Positions 1 through 11,972 of a stretch of DNA of 64,000 nucleotides are shown in pieces. The DNA is taken from assembly GCA_035084275.1 (NCBI GenBank), contig CM068743.1:18724001-18788000 (forward strand), written 5' to 3'. The notes below the pieces were generated by a model. The model was not told where the DNA came from. It ran no database searches and worked only from the letters and a program-made list of their open reading frames with translations. How positions within the stretch are numbered: position 1 is the stretch's first letter; the number at the start of each line of letters is the position of its first letter. This DNA comes from Hydrolagus colliei. Taxonomy: Eukaryota. The position numbers were made by a program, and so were the translations under genes.

Positions 1-206
1 ACTGTATTTTGGACGAAATGCGGCTACCAATTGTGCAGAGCAGTGGATTTAAAAGACCAATTGATTATTGGGGGGTTTTCTTGATGGGATTATTATCAGG
101 TGTGTGGAGTAAGGAAACTTGCCCAAGGTTTCACTCTAGCTGGGAATCAAATCCAGGTCTCTCGCTTGTAAGTCGAGGGCTCTAGCCACTGAGCTACAGG
201 ACTCCT
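1..206 (-). mobile_element. tRNA-derived SINE, main family (window-truncated)
   Basis: Minus strand reads GGAGTCCTGTAGCTCAGTGGCTAGAGC (A box) ... GATTTGATTCCC (B box), then CCTTGGGCAAGTTTCCTTACTCCACAC and the core CACAATTGGTAGCCGCATTTCG shared with the other copies. Confidence 0.9.
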
Positions 207-259
207 TATAATAATAGTTATGAATATATTATTAAATGATCTCCTTGTTTTTTGGTTTT

Positions 260-388
260 CCATATTGCAGCACAGAAGATAACCTTTCAGCCCATCACCC
301 GTCCTGTATTAGGTTCCCACTAGAAACATCTTAATGCAATTTTCCTGCTCTTTCTTCATATCCTTTCACGTCTAACTCTCCCAAGTGT
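260..388 (-). mobile_element. CR1 LINE 3' end fragment, decayed
   Basis: Reverse complement resembles a CR1 3' UTR (GGATATGAAGAAAGAGCAGGAAAAT...GATGGGCTGAAAGG..TCTTCTGTGCTG); compare 13150-13251. Confidence 0.6.
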
Positions 389-391
389 GTT

Positions 392-590
392 AGTCAGGCT
401 CAGTTAGTAGCATTCTCACCTTTGAATCAGAAATGTGTGGGTTTGAGCTCCATGTTAGGACATGGAACTTATATAATTCATCCTAACATTCCAATGTAAT
501 GCTGGGCTATACTGCAGAGTTGGAGGTGCCATCCTTCAGATGAGAACTTAAACCAAGTTCCTGTCTGCCTGTTTGGTGAATTTTAACCAG
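392..590 (+). mobile_element. Older Deu-type SINE (SacSINE1/AmnSINE1-like), 5' part
   Basis: tRNA-like head GGCTCAGTTAGTAGCATTCTCACCTTTGAATCAGAA followed by GGAGGTGCCATCCTTCAGATGAGA..TTAAACC. Confidence 0.75.
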
Positions 591-679
591 AAGAACAATT
601 TGAATTTATTTATATAGCTATTTCGCATGAGGTAGCGTCTCATAAATTGTCTTTATTGACTGTATCAATAGCCATATAG

Positions 680-1118
680 TAGTGTCCGGTGATATATCGA
701 TATATATAATTTTTCATATCGATATGCGAATATCGGAATTTAACATATATTGATATATCGAAAAATTCGGTATCAAAAAATATATCGGTATATCGTTTCC
801 GGCGATATATCGGTATATTGCGAACTTTTCCAGCTTACCTTGTTGCAAGCATTGCAATCCTCCTGGGCCTAGAGCACGGAATGCGCGCGCACACCGAAAT
901 GCGCACGCACAACCAAATGCGCGCGCACCCCCCCCCCCCCGAATGCGCGCACACACCCCCTCCCCCGAATGCTCACGCACCCCCCTGAATGCGTCCGCAT
1001 CTCCGAATATGCGCGCATGCGCTGTATAAAAAAAACAGAAATATCGATATATTGGTATATATCGATATGAGCCCACCGATAAATCAATATTGGAAAATTT
1101 CCATATCGACGGCCCCTA
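680..1118. mobile_element. Non-autonomous hAT-type MITE (family A, short copy)
   Basis: TIRs TAGTGTCCGGTGATAT / ATATCGACGGCCCCTA; 8-bp TSD CCATATAG / CCATATAA; ATATCGATAT subterminal repeats; internal CCGAATGCGCGCGCAC repeats. Confidence 0.9.
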
Positions 1119-1734
1119 CCATATAACATCAGCTATTGATGCTCTCAATAATAATAATCCTTGCATTTGATATAGCACTTTTAGCATCTTCTCGACATCT
1201 CAATACAGACATTTAAGAGACCCTACCTCATGTGAAATAGTTATATAAAGGCAAGTTGTTCTATTTAAAATCCAACAAAACCTTGCAACCTTCTTTATTC
1301 TTGTCATAATAATCGTGAAATTTAAGTCTCCTGTTACTAATTTGTGAAATAACCTCAAAACCTTTTATAATTCTAAACATCCCTGTTATGAACAAAAAAA
1401 ATACAATCATGTCAGTGAGACTTTTGACATTGACACAGAATGTACATGTTTTCAATACAGTTACATTAAAATCTTAAAACTTGCTGAAGAAAGTTTTTAA
1501 CCAGCAGAGGGCAAAATGGGTTCAGTTTCATGTTCATGCTATAAAGGTGGTCTACAGTAAGTTCTCAAAGCAAAGATATCACAAATGGTTTTAACATGTT
1601 ACTGATGCAAGCTTACAGTACTGCAGAAAAACCTCCATTTGCAGAATGGTTAATTTCAGTTTTTCCCCAATCTCAAATATTCAAGAATCATTTATTTAAA
1701 CTTCTGAATAAATGATTAATAAACAATAAATATC

Positions 1735-2135
1735 CACAGCTGCACTCTCCACCTCTCTAAGCCAGTCAGGAACCTGGGCGTCTTATTTGACCCTGAACTG
1801 TTCTTCCCCCACATCTGCACCAACCAGTACTGCCTTCCACCACCATCGCAACATTGCCAGAATCCTCCACTGCCTCACCCCTCAAGCTGCTGAAACCCTC
1901 GTCCACGCATTCATCACATCAAGGCTCGACTTCGGAAATCCCTCCTCGACGGCCTTCCGGTTCTTCCCTTCACAAGCTGTAGATCCAGACCTCTGCAGCT
2001 CGTGTCCTCACCAGCACCAAGCTCTGCGATCACATCACTCCCATCCTCGCCCGGCTCCATTGCTCGAGTCCTGACCTGACTGTTCAGCGCCTTGGGACAT
2101 GAAAGGCACTCTATAAATGTAATTTTGTTGTTGTT
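1735..2135 (+). mobile_element. L2 LINE 3' fragment (RT C-terminus plus tail, internally deleted)
   Basis: Translates as RNIARILHCLTPQAAETLVHAFITSRLDFGN (L2 ORF2 motif); ends CAGCGCCTTGGGAC..GAAAGGCACTCTATAAATGTAATTTTGTTGTTG. Confidence 0.9.
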
Positions 2136-2164
2136 TGCCTATTCCTTACTCCCTCCCATTTCCT

Positions 2165-2545
2165 TGGGATGAGCCAAGGCTTCGGGATCCCTGAGTGCAT
2201 GTTGGGGTACTGCTGGAATCTAACCAGTTAAAACCACACAGCTTGTCATTGAGGGCACTACTTGGCAAGCTTTCCCACTGCTTGTCCAGCTGGGACCACA
2301 CTACCTGTTAGAGCTTTGGCTGTCAGGGTTAACAGGAGCTAAATGGGAAGAGTTCCTGTCCTCAGGGACCTGCTTGCCTTTCCAAGTCCTGCTAAAGAGC
2401 AGGCCTGGCAATGCCCTGCAGGAGTACTACAGACTTGCCACTCTCACAAACGGGTCTACCAAGACCACCACAGATGGTGGGCTAAATTCTGACATTCCGT
2501 TGCCAAAAGGTGTCACTTTGGAGTCCATTCAACTCAAAGGAGACC
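2165..2545 (-). repeat. Unclassified old repeat family U, copy A
   Basis: Aligns by eye with 4048-4597, 7688-8225 (opposite strand) and 18752-19310, e.g. CCCACTGCTTGTCCAGCTGGGACCACAC. Confidence 0.75.
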
Positions 2546-2559
2546 CTGATTTGTTAAGT

Positions 2560-2825
2560 TGAACATGGCTCAAACTTTTTAAACCTCTCTTTTCTCACAG
2601 GAAAAGGCCAAATCAATCCAGTCTGTCCTGATACACTAACAGTAGCCCACTAGCCCTGGAACAATCCTAGTAGATCTGCTTATTCCATCGCTGTTATATC
2701 CTTCTTACAGAATTGGACACAGTACTCCAAATATGATCTAACCAAGACATTGCACAAATTCAACATCACCTTTTCACTTTTATATTCTCTCCAGCTGTAT
2801 ACAATGCCCAGGACCCAATTGACCT
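2560..2825 (-). mobile_element. CR1 LINE RT fragment, decayed
   Basis: Minus strand around 2710-2770 translates VMLNLCNVLVRSYLEYCVQF (CR1 'LVRPHLEYCVQFW' motif). Confidence 0.8.
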
Positions 2826-2834
2826 TTTTTTAAA

Positions 2835-3085
2835 AAAAAGCAATGAAGTAAATGACCAATTTAATTTGGGGTATTGTTCCCTTCTCATTTTGAATAGTGT
2901 ATTGGGATCCTTAATGTTTACCTGAAAAGTAGATAAGCACTCTGGCAATAGTCTCATCCAAACAACACCACCAGCATTGGATTGGAGTGTCAGCCTGGAC
3001 GGAGTTCAAAATCCCAATAGGGGGTTTGAACCCACAACCTTCTGACTCAGAGACAAGATTGCTTTGGACTAAGCCAGGCTGACCC
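2835..3085 (-). mobile_element. Older Deu-type SINE (SacSINE1-like)
   Basis: Minus strand TCTCTGAGTCAGAAGGTTGTGGGTTCAAACCC...CCAGGCTGACACTCCAAT. Confidence 0.75.
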
Positions 3086-3234
3086 CATAGTGAGTGTATG
3101 TACCACTCCATTAATTTTATTTTGTGCACCAGATATGTCTAATCTAATCTTTTATTAGACTCGAGTTGGCCTTCAGTAGCTATTCAAGAGGTGCCTAGTA
3201 TTTATTCTAAATCAGTTCAGATCTGCATTAGCCA

Positions 3235-3640
3235 TGCCCTCCAGAAATCATGCTGAAGCTCTACAGCTCCCTAGGAAAGCTGTACCTGGAGCACTGCACA
3301 GAGCACTGCTTGCTGTGATGTAAGGGAAATTAGAATTAGTGCAGAGGAGAGCAATAATTCTCAAAGGAATAAAGGAATGAGCTATCAGGAATCACAAGCT
3401 ACCCCAGGGCAAAATACCTCTTCAAAGTGGAGCTTTCAGAGGAATACAACAAGCTTAATGGGTCAGAGAAAGTAAATCTAGGACAATACTTTCAGATACA
3501 AGGTATAATGACAATAGGGCAGTAACTCTAACATTAAGTGCAAGTTTAGGACTAACATCAACGATATTTAGGCTATCACTATCGGGAACCCAGGATACTG
3601 AAATCATTTAAAATGATACTGTGATGATAAAGTTGGCATT
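3235..3640 (+). mobile_element. CR1 LINE 3' RT fragment, highly decayed
   Basis: Remnant motifs IMLKLYSSLGKLYLEHC, ELVQRRA, GMSYQE, KVNLGQYFQ, with frameshifts. Confidence 0.7.
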
Positions 3641-3861
3641 CTGGAAGAATGAAATCCTAAGTGCTTGCAATTTATTGAAACTGCATCCCTCATGGTCTTC
3701 AGAAATGTGAAAGGCAGCTCACTCATAGAATCAGAAGGACTTCAGTCAACCTAACAAATATACTCTTGTCAGTTTATCAAATAATGGTGGAAAAATCCAT
3801 TAGATTATTGTGACTTCTAATGCAAATAGAAAACCATCGTAATGATGTCTAACAAAGTTGA

Positions 3862-4045
3862 GCCTGGCTCAGTTGGTAGGACTTTCGCTTTGAGCCTAAA
3901 TTATACGTTCAAGCCACATGTTGGGACTTTGAGTTCATAGTCTAAGTTCCCATTCCAGTGCTGTACTGGGTGTATGAGTTGTTAAACTGAAGTCTTGTCA
4001 GCCTATTCAGGTAGATATTAAATATTCCATGGTACTATTCAAAAA
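3862..4045 (+). mobile_element. Older Deu-type SINE (SacSINE1-like), 5' part
   Basis: TGGCTCAGTTGGTAGGACTTTCGC head ... GTTAAACTGAAG..CTATTCAGGTAGATATTAAATATTCCATGGTACTATTC. Confidence 0.7.
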
Positions 4046-4047
4046 TA

Positions 4048-4597
4048 TTTTTTATGCTTAGCTAGGTGTCTGACACATGCAGAAACCCATCACCATGCTT
4101 CAGTAACCAAACTAGATAAAGATCCATGTATGTATGCCACCAGCATTTGGAAATTTCCCTATATCTGAAATGGAATGTGCACTCTCTTCCCGAAGGACAC
4201 ACTCCACTTAACTAATTCCAGAGAACATTTGGCAAGAGCCAATGCTTCAGGACCCCAGACTTCATTCAGGTATTGCTGGAGTTTAACCATCTCAAACTGA
4301 AGAGGTTGCCATTGAGAGCACTGTCTGACAAGCGTTCTGCTGCTCGTTCAGCTATGACCACCTTACCCATAAGGGTTTTCAATTGTAAGATTAACAAGAA
4401 CCAATTGGACAGAATCCCTGCCCCCTCTAAATCTAAACCAGGCTGGCTGACCTGTCATCAGCAGTGCCCTGGTGTACCATGCACACATCTGGTGTGATAA
4501 CCAGACTATTGAGACCACTACAACAGAAGATTGAATCGATTCCAACATTCCATTGCCAAACGCCTCACCTTAGAGCTACCTCAGCTCCATGGTGACT
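4048..4597 (-). repeat. Unclassified old repeat family U, copy B
   Basis: T-run at 4048-4053 then GGTGTCTGACACATGCAGAAACCC; TCATCAGCAGTGCCCTGG shared with copy E. Confidence 0.75.
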
Positions 4598-4988
4598 GTG
4601 CCGTTCTCCTTCCCCACCACCCGGGAGGACAGGCTAATTAAAAAAAAGGCTATTCACTGCACAATGAACCACTGCTCACATTACATGGACAGGTCAATAT
4701 TTGCTCCTACATTAGGGTTGATTTTCATTTCTTCCTCTCTCACCATTAAGCCAGTTACATTTTTCTAATTTGTAAAAACAAAGCTTTGAATACCTGCATA
4801 ATTTCAAACAAACACTTACCCAACAAGAGTCCTAGAATGCAGTATTTCCTCTTTAAGGTCTCTGCAATACCCACACATCCCCGAACAAGAGAACTACTGT
4901 GGTCCAATACCAACGCAAACAAGTTTTTTGAAGTTTTCATTAGAGTACACCAAGTTTGGAATACCAATCTTACTGTACCAAACTAATA

Positions 4989-5200
4989 CAGTAAAAGCCT
5001 GTTTATCCGTGACCCGATCAACCGTAACTTCCGTATAACTGGCTCCTCAAAAAAAGGTCTGCATTCAATTAACTATATTTTATCCGGCACAATGCATAAT
5101 TTTGGGGGATTTTTTTTGTCTGTTTTCAGCCGAATATCCGGCGCGTGCTTTAAACAGCAATGGCCAGGTCCGAGAGTGCTGGATAAACGGGCTTTTACTG
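4989..5200. mobile_element. Tc1/mariner-pogo-type MITE (family B, short)
   Basis: TIRs CAGTAAAAGCCTGTTTATCC / GGATAAACGGGCTTTTACTG, flanked by TA on both sides. Confidence 0.9.
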
Positions 5201-5294
5201 TACCAACCCATTCAGAATACTAACCCTACTGTATTTAACCACCCAAATATGCTGTCCTGCATGACGATGGTCCCATTGGCAACTCCTAATATGC

Positions 5295-5407
5295 CCACTT
5301 CCCTCCCCACCCTGTCCCCAGCTCGGGTCTGACACAGTGACTGTCCAGCGCCTTGGAATGTCCTTCCGAAGTGAAAGGTGCTATAACAAGTGTAATTTTG
5401 TTGTTGT
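5295..5407 (+). mobile_element. L2 3' tail fragment
   Basis: GACTGTCCAGCGCCTTGGAATGTCCTTCCGAAGTGAAAGGTGCTATA...TGTAATTTTGTTGTTG. Confidence 0.8.
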
Positions 5408-7687
5408 ATATATTGTATTCACCTTTAAGTAGTCACTACACACTGCAGTAAATTGTGGGTACTACATCAAGTGCAAGGATTATTATTTTGTATAGAGCAT
5501 CAAGTAATTTCTTAAACTAATCTTGTGTTCTTGTCTCAACCATCCTTCTTGGCAATTCTAGCTGAGATCATTGAAGCAGAATCGTTTGGGCTGACAAACA
5601 TACAAAACATAAATAAAAATAAAGGAGAGAAGGAATTGTAGCCAACTCCTATCCTATCACTTAAGAGCCACAGTTTGAAAACCAAATATCATGGTTGGAA
5701 TTTTGTTTAGAAACATCCTTTGCATTTTAATCTAAAATAAGATAATTTCAAGCCTTGAAACTGTTACAGAATTTTTTCATGGAATTTGAAGCATTAAAAT
5801 CCAACTGATATTGAATAGAGAAAAATTTATTGATTGTCCTTTGCTTGCCGCCACCAGTATTACAAGGAAACATAATTGCAAACATTGCGAAGTACTCAAT
5901 ATTCTTTTTTTTAAAAAGCTGCTCTATTTATAGGTTGAGTGATTCTGTTACTAATGAAGTAATGAAGGATTCACAACATATAGCAATTTTAAAGTATTTT
6001 CACTCTCACTAACAAGGATCTACTGTGGTGATTTATTCATCATTCACAGGATCAGAACTCAATGTACAAAAATATACTACCAAAACAAATGTACACAAAG
6101 GGAAAAATAAAGTTAATTATTATTCTTAGAAATTTTAGAAAGTTAAATTTTGTACTCGTCAAGGTCAGAAACAACAAAAAAAAAAAATACATTTTATAAA
6201 GCGCCTTTCACATCCTCAGGAATTCTAGGAAGCGCAATACTAGGAAATTTGATTACTCTGAATTTCAAAATGAAATACGTAAAGCAAATTATATGAGCAT
6301 TTCCTATATTTAAGACCTTTAACAAAACATTTTGGTGGTGGTGGAAAGTGGGTAAAGAAACATTCTGCTTTCATCATTTGCGCAAGAAAGAGCTTAGGCT
6401 TTTCAAGTGCTATCTTTACTTCTGAACAACTTTCTTCTACAGGTCAAGCTAAGTACTATTCCTATCACAGGACGTAGAAACATAGGCTACTGTGTCTGTG
6501 CAGGCACCTCATATTGTGAAATGACAGTTTATGAACCTCCTTTCCAAAATGAAACTGAAAAGCTCCACGCCTCCCTTTCAGCTTTTATAAGGGCATTTTA
6601 AAACAAAACAATGCAGTATTATCAAAGCTTTTCATTGAGCTTCATCAACCATGAAAGGCTGTGGAATATGCTTCTGCTAAGCGACCAATCCAAGGCATAA
6701 GAGGTTTGGGAACTTCCTGTCACAAAAGCAGCTAACTGCAGTGGAAGCAACACACAATTAAAAGAGTAGTTTACTCTAAATTTCAAACTTGAAAATGTAT
6801 TTTGAGTTTATGTGCTCGGCTTAACTTATTGGAATTTCTCAAATGTTACTACCAGGAATGGAAAGTTACATGTTAACTGGAGGTCAAAAATGATACTGAA
6901 GTCATTCAATACTTTTTTTTCATATTTGACCTACTCTGGACGGCTGTGCTATTTTCAGTTCTGCGATGCTACTATAGCCATGGTTTAATTCTCAGCTCAC
7001 AAAACACAACTCTATGCTGCACTAACAAGCATCATATAATCTTTATAGATAGATACATAAATTGAAAAAAAAACTGCCAACGATCAACTGTTTTTACTTC
7101 ACATCAACAGAGACATTTAAATCTTATGGGTAATCTTCCCAAAAAATTCTCCATGTTTTCATGCCCACAAATATTGATTCGCACACAAAATATGCAGTCA
7201 ATCCACTTTACAATATATTTTATGAAGCACTTAAGAGACATCTCAACAACGTGATGAGTCTATCAAAATGCAAGGATTGTTATCATGGTACCTGTCTTTA
7301 AACTGAAAACTACTCACCTTCCTACAGCACTAAAATACTAATTAAACTTAATTCTAATTGTTTTTTCCTACATTGATTAATTCCTACTTTTTCCAAATAC
7401 TGAGGTATAACTCCACAATTTAAATTAACACTTCAAATTTAAAACATGTCACATGCATTTTTGTTAGGAGGAATGTTCGACACCGAGTCCTGATAAATGA
7501 AGGAATGCGATAATAAAAATACCAGCAACAAACACGTTATCTTCCTTTATAGGATGTATCCACACAGACAGGCTTCAACTATTGGCAAGTGATGCTACAT
7601 TCTTTGCATACTGCAACAAGAAAGTGGAAGGATCAGGGTGAGAAAATTGTTTCACCGGGCAATTTGCAAATTACAATTAGAATTAAG

Positions 7688-8225
7688 TGGGTCTCCTTGG
7701 AGCTGAACTGGCTCCAAGATGACATGTTTGGCAACTGAATCACATAATCAAGCCAGCAATCTGTGGTGGTGTGGAATAACATGGTTTCCACAGTGGTCTC
7801 GGTAGTTTGGTTTGAGCCAAGCAGTATTCCAGGGTACTGCTGAATACAGCACAACCAACCTGACTCATCAGCATGATCTGGAAGGGCAGACTAGTCACTG
7901 GTACCAGGGATTCCTCCCACTCAGCGCCTGTTAATCCTGCAAGCCAAAGCCCTAACGGGTAGGGTCGTCCCAGCTGGAAAAGCAGCAGTGCCACCAAAAG
8001 CTAGCTATGCAGTTTAACAGTACCACAACGCACACTCCCCAAGCCTTGGTTCTTGCCTAATACTTTCCAGTAAGTAGCATGTGTCCCTCCAGGGAGAGTG
8101 TGCATTCTATTCTAACAAGCTATCTCCGGGATTTCCATTTGTAGGTGGGATGCATGGAATCTCAGCTTGGAAACTCTTCAAGCATGGGTTTCCTCACATG
8201 TCAGATACCCGACTCACAAAAAAAA
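7688..8225 (+). repeat. Unclassified old repeat family U, copy C (ends in oligo-A)
   Basis: Reverse complement of copies A/B/E; terminates TCAGATACCCGACTCAC followed by an A-run. Confidence 0.75.
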
Positions 8226-8627
8226 ATTGAATTAATTAATGAAAACATAAGAAATCACAATAAAAAGTCTACCGTAACATTAAATGGTAATATTCATAAT
8301 TGTTTAAATTCAAACCTCCCTAATAAAATACACATCTCTGCATGTATCCCCTTGGTAAATGATTAACTTCATCTCATGTTGATCAGCAGTTTCTCACCTG
8401 AAAAATGCATTCAGGTATATGGACTAGCTCTGAAATTCTTTTTCAACTGGACCACAAATACCCAAGGAAACTGAAAATTTGATTTAACAATGTATGAACA
8501 TAAGATAAGAGCATAAGGAGACCATTCAGTCCACTAAATGTGGTCACAATATTTTATTGGATCATGGCTTAATTGTAACATCACAATATTTTAGTGCTAT
8601 CCTAAATTTTAATCACTGTGATTATTT

Positions 8628-9000
8628 ACAACAAGAAAATTACATTTGTATAACGCATTTCACATCAGGAGGACATCCCAAGGTGCAAGACAGTCAGTGT
8701 TTCGGAGCTGAACTGGGATCAGGATCGGGAGGGTGAAGGGAAGGGCGGTGACCGATGGCATGGTAGTAGAGGAAGGTTTTGAAGCAGGAGGCCAGGGAGT
8801 GGGTGAGGTGGAGGGATTGCGGGATGGAATTTCAAACTTTGCCTACCTATGGTGGGGTGGGGGACGTGGAACAAGTCAGAGCCTGTGGAGGAGTCAGACA
8901 GGTTGTTGGGAGGTGAGGAGGTCGCAGAGGTGTGAGGAGGTCACAGAGGTGTGGTCGGGGGGGGGGGGGGGGGGTAAGGCTATTGAGAGCTTTGAAGCCT
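8628..9000 (-). mobile_element. L2 LINE 3' fragment
   Basis: ACAACAAGAAAATTACATTTGTATAACGCATTTCACATCAGGAGGACATCCCAAGG tail followed by purine-rich L2 antisense sequence. Confidence 0.8.
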
Positions 9001-9060
9001 CGTGTCGGGAAATGAAATTAAAATAATTAATAATGAATTTGAGGTTACTTTAATTAAATA

Positions 9061-9610
9061 ATCTCAGTTTAGGCTGACACTCCAATGTAAGCCTGGTTCA
9101 GGGAATGGGGAGGGAGGTCGCATTGTTGGGAGGTGCTGTTCTTCAGATAAGATGTTAAACCAAGTTTCATCTGCCTGTTCAGACTGTTTGTGGGACACTG
9201 TTGTGTGCAATTTGGCTACCACGTTTCACCGACAAATATACAGTTGGTTTTCCTGCTCTCCTCCCACTACCCCGACCCCTCACCCCCTACTCTGGTCCCT
9301 ACCTGACTGTTCAGCGCCTTGGGACGTCCTCCCGACGTGAAAGGCAGTATATAAATGTGCAGTAATGATTGATTGGTTGACTGGTTGGTTGGTTGACTGG
9401 TTGGTTGGTTGACTGGTTGGTTGGTTGACTGGTTGGTTGGCTGGTTGGCTGACTGGTTGACTGGTTGACTTACTGACATTAAAGATGCCATGACACTATT
9501 CGAAAAGAGAAGTTTATTCTGATGTCTTGATCAACAATCCCCTTAATAAAATTGGTCATTTACTTTACATGCAAAGGGATTGCCATGTTTCCCTACAAAT
9601 ACACAGTCGC
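9061..9610 (+). mobile_element. Older Deu-type SINE interrupted by a main-family SINE piece, an L2 tail and a microsatellite
   Basis: TAGGCTGACACTCCAAT..GGAGGTGCTGTTCTTCAGATAAGATGTTAAACC before 9180; resumes AAAGATGCCATGACACTATTCGAAAAGAG after 9480. Confidence 0.7.
9366..9470. repeat. (GGTT)n / (GGTTGACT)n microsatellite
   Basis: Direct reading; lies at the end of an L2 tail. Confidence 0.95.
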
Positions 9611-10145
9611 TACTGTTCACAGTAAAATCTCGTGAAGTGCTTCGATGTGTCTTGCCAATGTGATAAGATACGATATCAAGTGGAAGGATTATTATTATTA
9701 TTATTATTACATAACGAGAACACAGTGCATCATAGTATAGTCACTTGTAGCATGATTTGGCTGCCGACAGACATTTTCTTACCTGTAAATTTAAATCATG
9801 GTATCCAAATCCCATTTGGCAAATTTAATTTGGCAAATTTGGCAAAAAAAAGGGCAACATTTCTGATTGTTGATAACATTACTTCCTGGGTGCTGCACAT
9901 GTACACAGAAAGAGACAGCAGGGGTGACCTGGCCATTTTATTGTGCCACTTCACAGTGAGAGGCTCGAAATATTAATCACAGAAAATTGCTGGATAAAGG
10001 ATTGGCCGCTATGTAAAATTCACAAAAGGAACATGCCTTTTATAATATTAACTCTGGCAATTGGTTTTAAGATTCTGGGCATAGTATAATGCATCCTCAG
10101 ACATCCAACAACAACAAAATTACATTTGTAGCAAACTGCAAATTT

Positions 10146-10456
10146 GTGGAGTCCTGTAGCTAAGTAGTTAGAGCAGTCGGCTTGCAATCAAGAGACCAAG
10201 GTTTGATTCCCGGCAGTGCGAAATCTTGGGCAAGTTACCTTACTCCACACACCTGATAATAATCCTAAAAAAAATGAATTAGTCACTTCAATCCACGACT
10301 GTTTCTGGGATACTGTTGTTGCCGCATTTTGCCCACCAAATATAGTCAATTCAATTTACAGTATATTCTGTGAAGCACTTTGAGGCATCTAGAAGTCGTG
10401 AAAAGCGCTAGTGGCTTGGTGAGGTGGTGTTTGCATTTGTGGATGCAAGGATTATT
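10146..10456 (+). mobile_element. tRNA-derived SINE, main family, full length
   Basis: GTGGAGTCCTGTAGCTAAGTAGTTAGAGC head, GGTTTGATTCCC B box, L2-like tail TGTGAAGCACTTTGAG..GTGAAAAGCGCTA..GCAAGGATTATT. Confidence 0.9.
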
Positions 10457-10726
10457 CTAATCTAAAATACAATGGCATTATAACAATAGCACATGGCAAA
10501 ACACAAACATTTCCAGAAAGCCGATGAGTACACAAGTGAGCTCATTCATGAGCAGAATCCAAACAAATATACAGTCAATTCACTTTACAGTATAATCTGT
10601 GAAGCGCTTTGAGACGTTAATAAGATGTGAAAAGTGCTATATCAAATCCAAGGATTATTATTGTTATTAGAAATGTAATGTGCTTTGAAACCTGCTCAGA
10701 CACTTGATACAACAACAGCAGGAAGA

Positions 10727-11060
10727 TAGAGCAGGGGTGGCCGACAAGGAAGGAGTTGCCATAGTTGAGCCTTGAAGTGACAAATGTGTATGTAAGGGTT
10801 TCATCAGCCTTAGGGGTGAGGCAGTGGAGGACACAGACAATGTGGCAGAGGTGGTAGAAGGTAGTGCTGGTCGTGGTAAGGATATGGGGAGAAAGCATAG
10901 TTCAGGGTCAAACAAGACACCCAGGTGACTTGGTGAGGCGGTGTTTGCATTTGTGGATGCTGATGCTGCCAGTGCCTGAGGTGTGGAGGCGCTGGCGTGA
11001 GCCAATCAGGAAGACCTTGGTCTCGATGACGTTCAGCTGTAGAAAGTTGATAGACTTGAG
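10727..11060 (-). mobile_element. L2 LINE RT fragment
   Basis: NFLQLNVIETKVFLIG and ETLTYTFVTSRLNYGNSFLVG on the minus strand. Confidence 0.85.
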
Positions 11061-11597
11061 AGACCTGTACAGAGATAGCACAACATGCAAGGCAAGGTGC
11101 ACAGTGCAACGACACCGCAAGACAAGGTATAGGCTCCGAATGGAAACCAAAAAGTAAAACCATGCTTTACCATACTAAACGTTCTTTTTATTGAATTGGC
11201 CTTCTTTCGAGGCTCTACCCTTGTTCTGATACTGCAAGCAAAATAAAGACTTCCCCATTATTGTAAAACAGCCATTCATATCATTGAAGTCTGTGTGGCC
11301 CCCCTGAACAATCCTGGAATTAGCACAAATATCACATCATTTTGTCTCCCATTTGGAGAAAATTCTATATTAAATTGGTTAAAATTTAGCAATCATTACA
11401 GTCAAGAGATCCAACATATGAACCATTTGGAGCCTAAATATAGTTTCACACAGGAATTATAAGTCACATAACTTAATTTGTGTTGGTTCGAAGTGAACCT
11501 TTAGTAAAATGTCAGGAGGGATGGAAAGCCAACAAACAAAACAACTCCAGGTTGCTCACTCATATTTTTCTATTGCTTAAATACAGTCTTTATAGTC

Positions 11598-11972
11598 ATA
11601 ATAATACCTTCATTTGATATTGCGCCTTATCGAGATGTCTCAAAGCATTTCAAGCAATATACTATAAAGTGAATTAACTGTATATTTGGTGGGCAAAACG
11701 CAGCAGCCAATTGCAAACAGCAGTGTTCCACAAACAGTCCCAGAAACAGTAGTGGATAGAGTGACCACATTTTAAAAATATATTTTTAAGGAATTATTAC
11801 CCCCGGAATAGCAATCCACCAATCAACTAACAACCAGGTTCCTATTTACTGCTAGGTAAACAGAGGTGCGTGAAGTAAGGAAAATTGCCCAACATTTTGC
11901 TCTGCCAGGAATCAAACCCAGATCCTCTCGCTTGTGAAGCAAGTGCTCCAACCACTAAGCTACATGACTCCA
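11598..11972 (-). mobile_element. tRNA-derived SINE, long variant with extra central segment
   Basis: Same head and tail as the main family plus CCTCTGTTTACCTAGCAGTAAATAGGAACCTGG insert. Confidence 0.85.

Noticed and set aside
9366-9470. Regular repeat arrays as CRISPR-like or telomere-like
   Set aside because: Simple microsatellite without spacers; not TTAGGG; eukaryotic context
8390-9790. Minus-strand AG|GT motifs (TTTTTCAGGTGAG at about 8393-8405; TTTACAGGTAAG at about 9778-9789) as recursive splice sites or exons
   Set aside because: Adjacent frames contain stops, polypyrimidine tracts are short and no host gene is established; expected by chance
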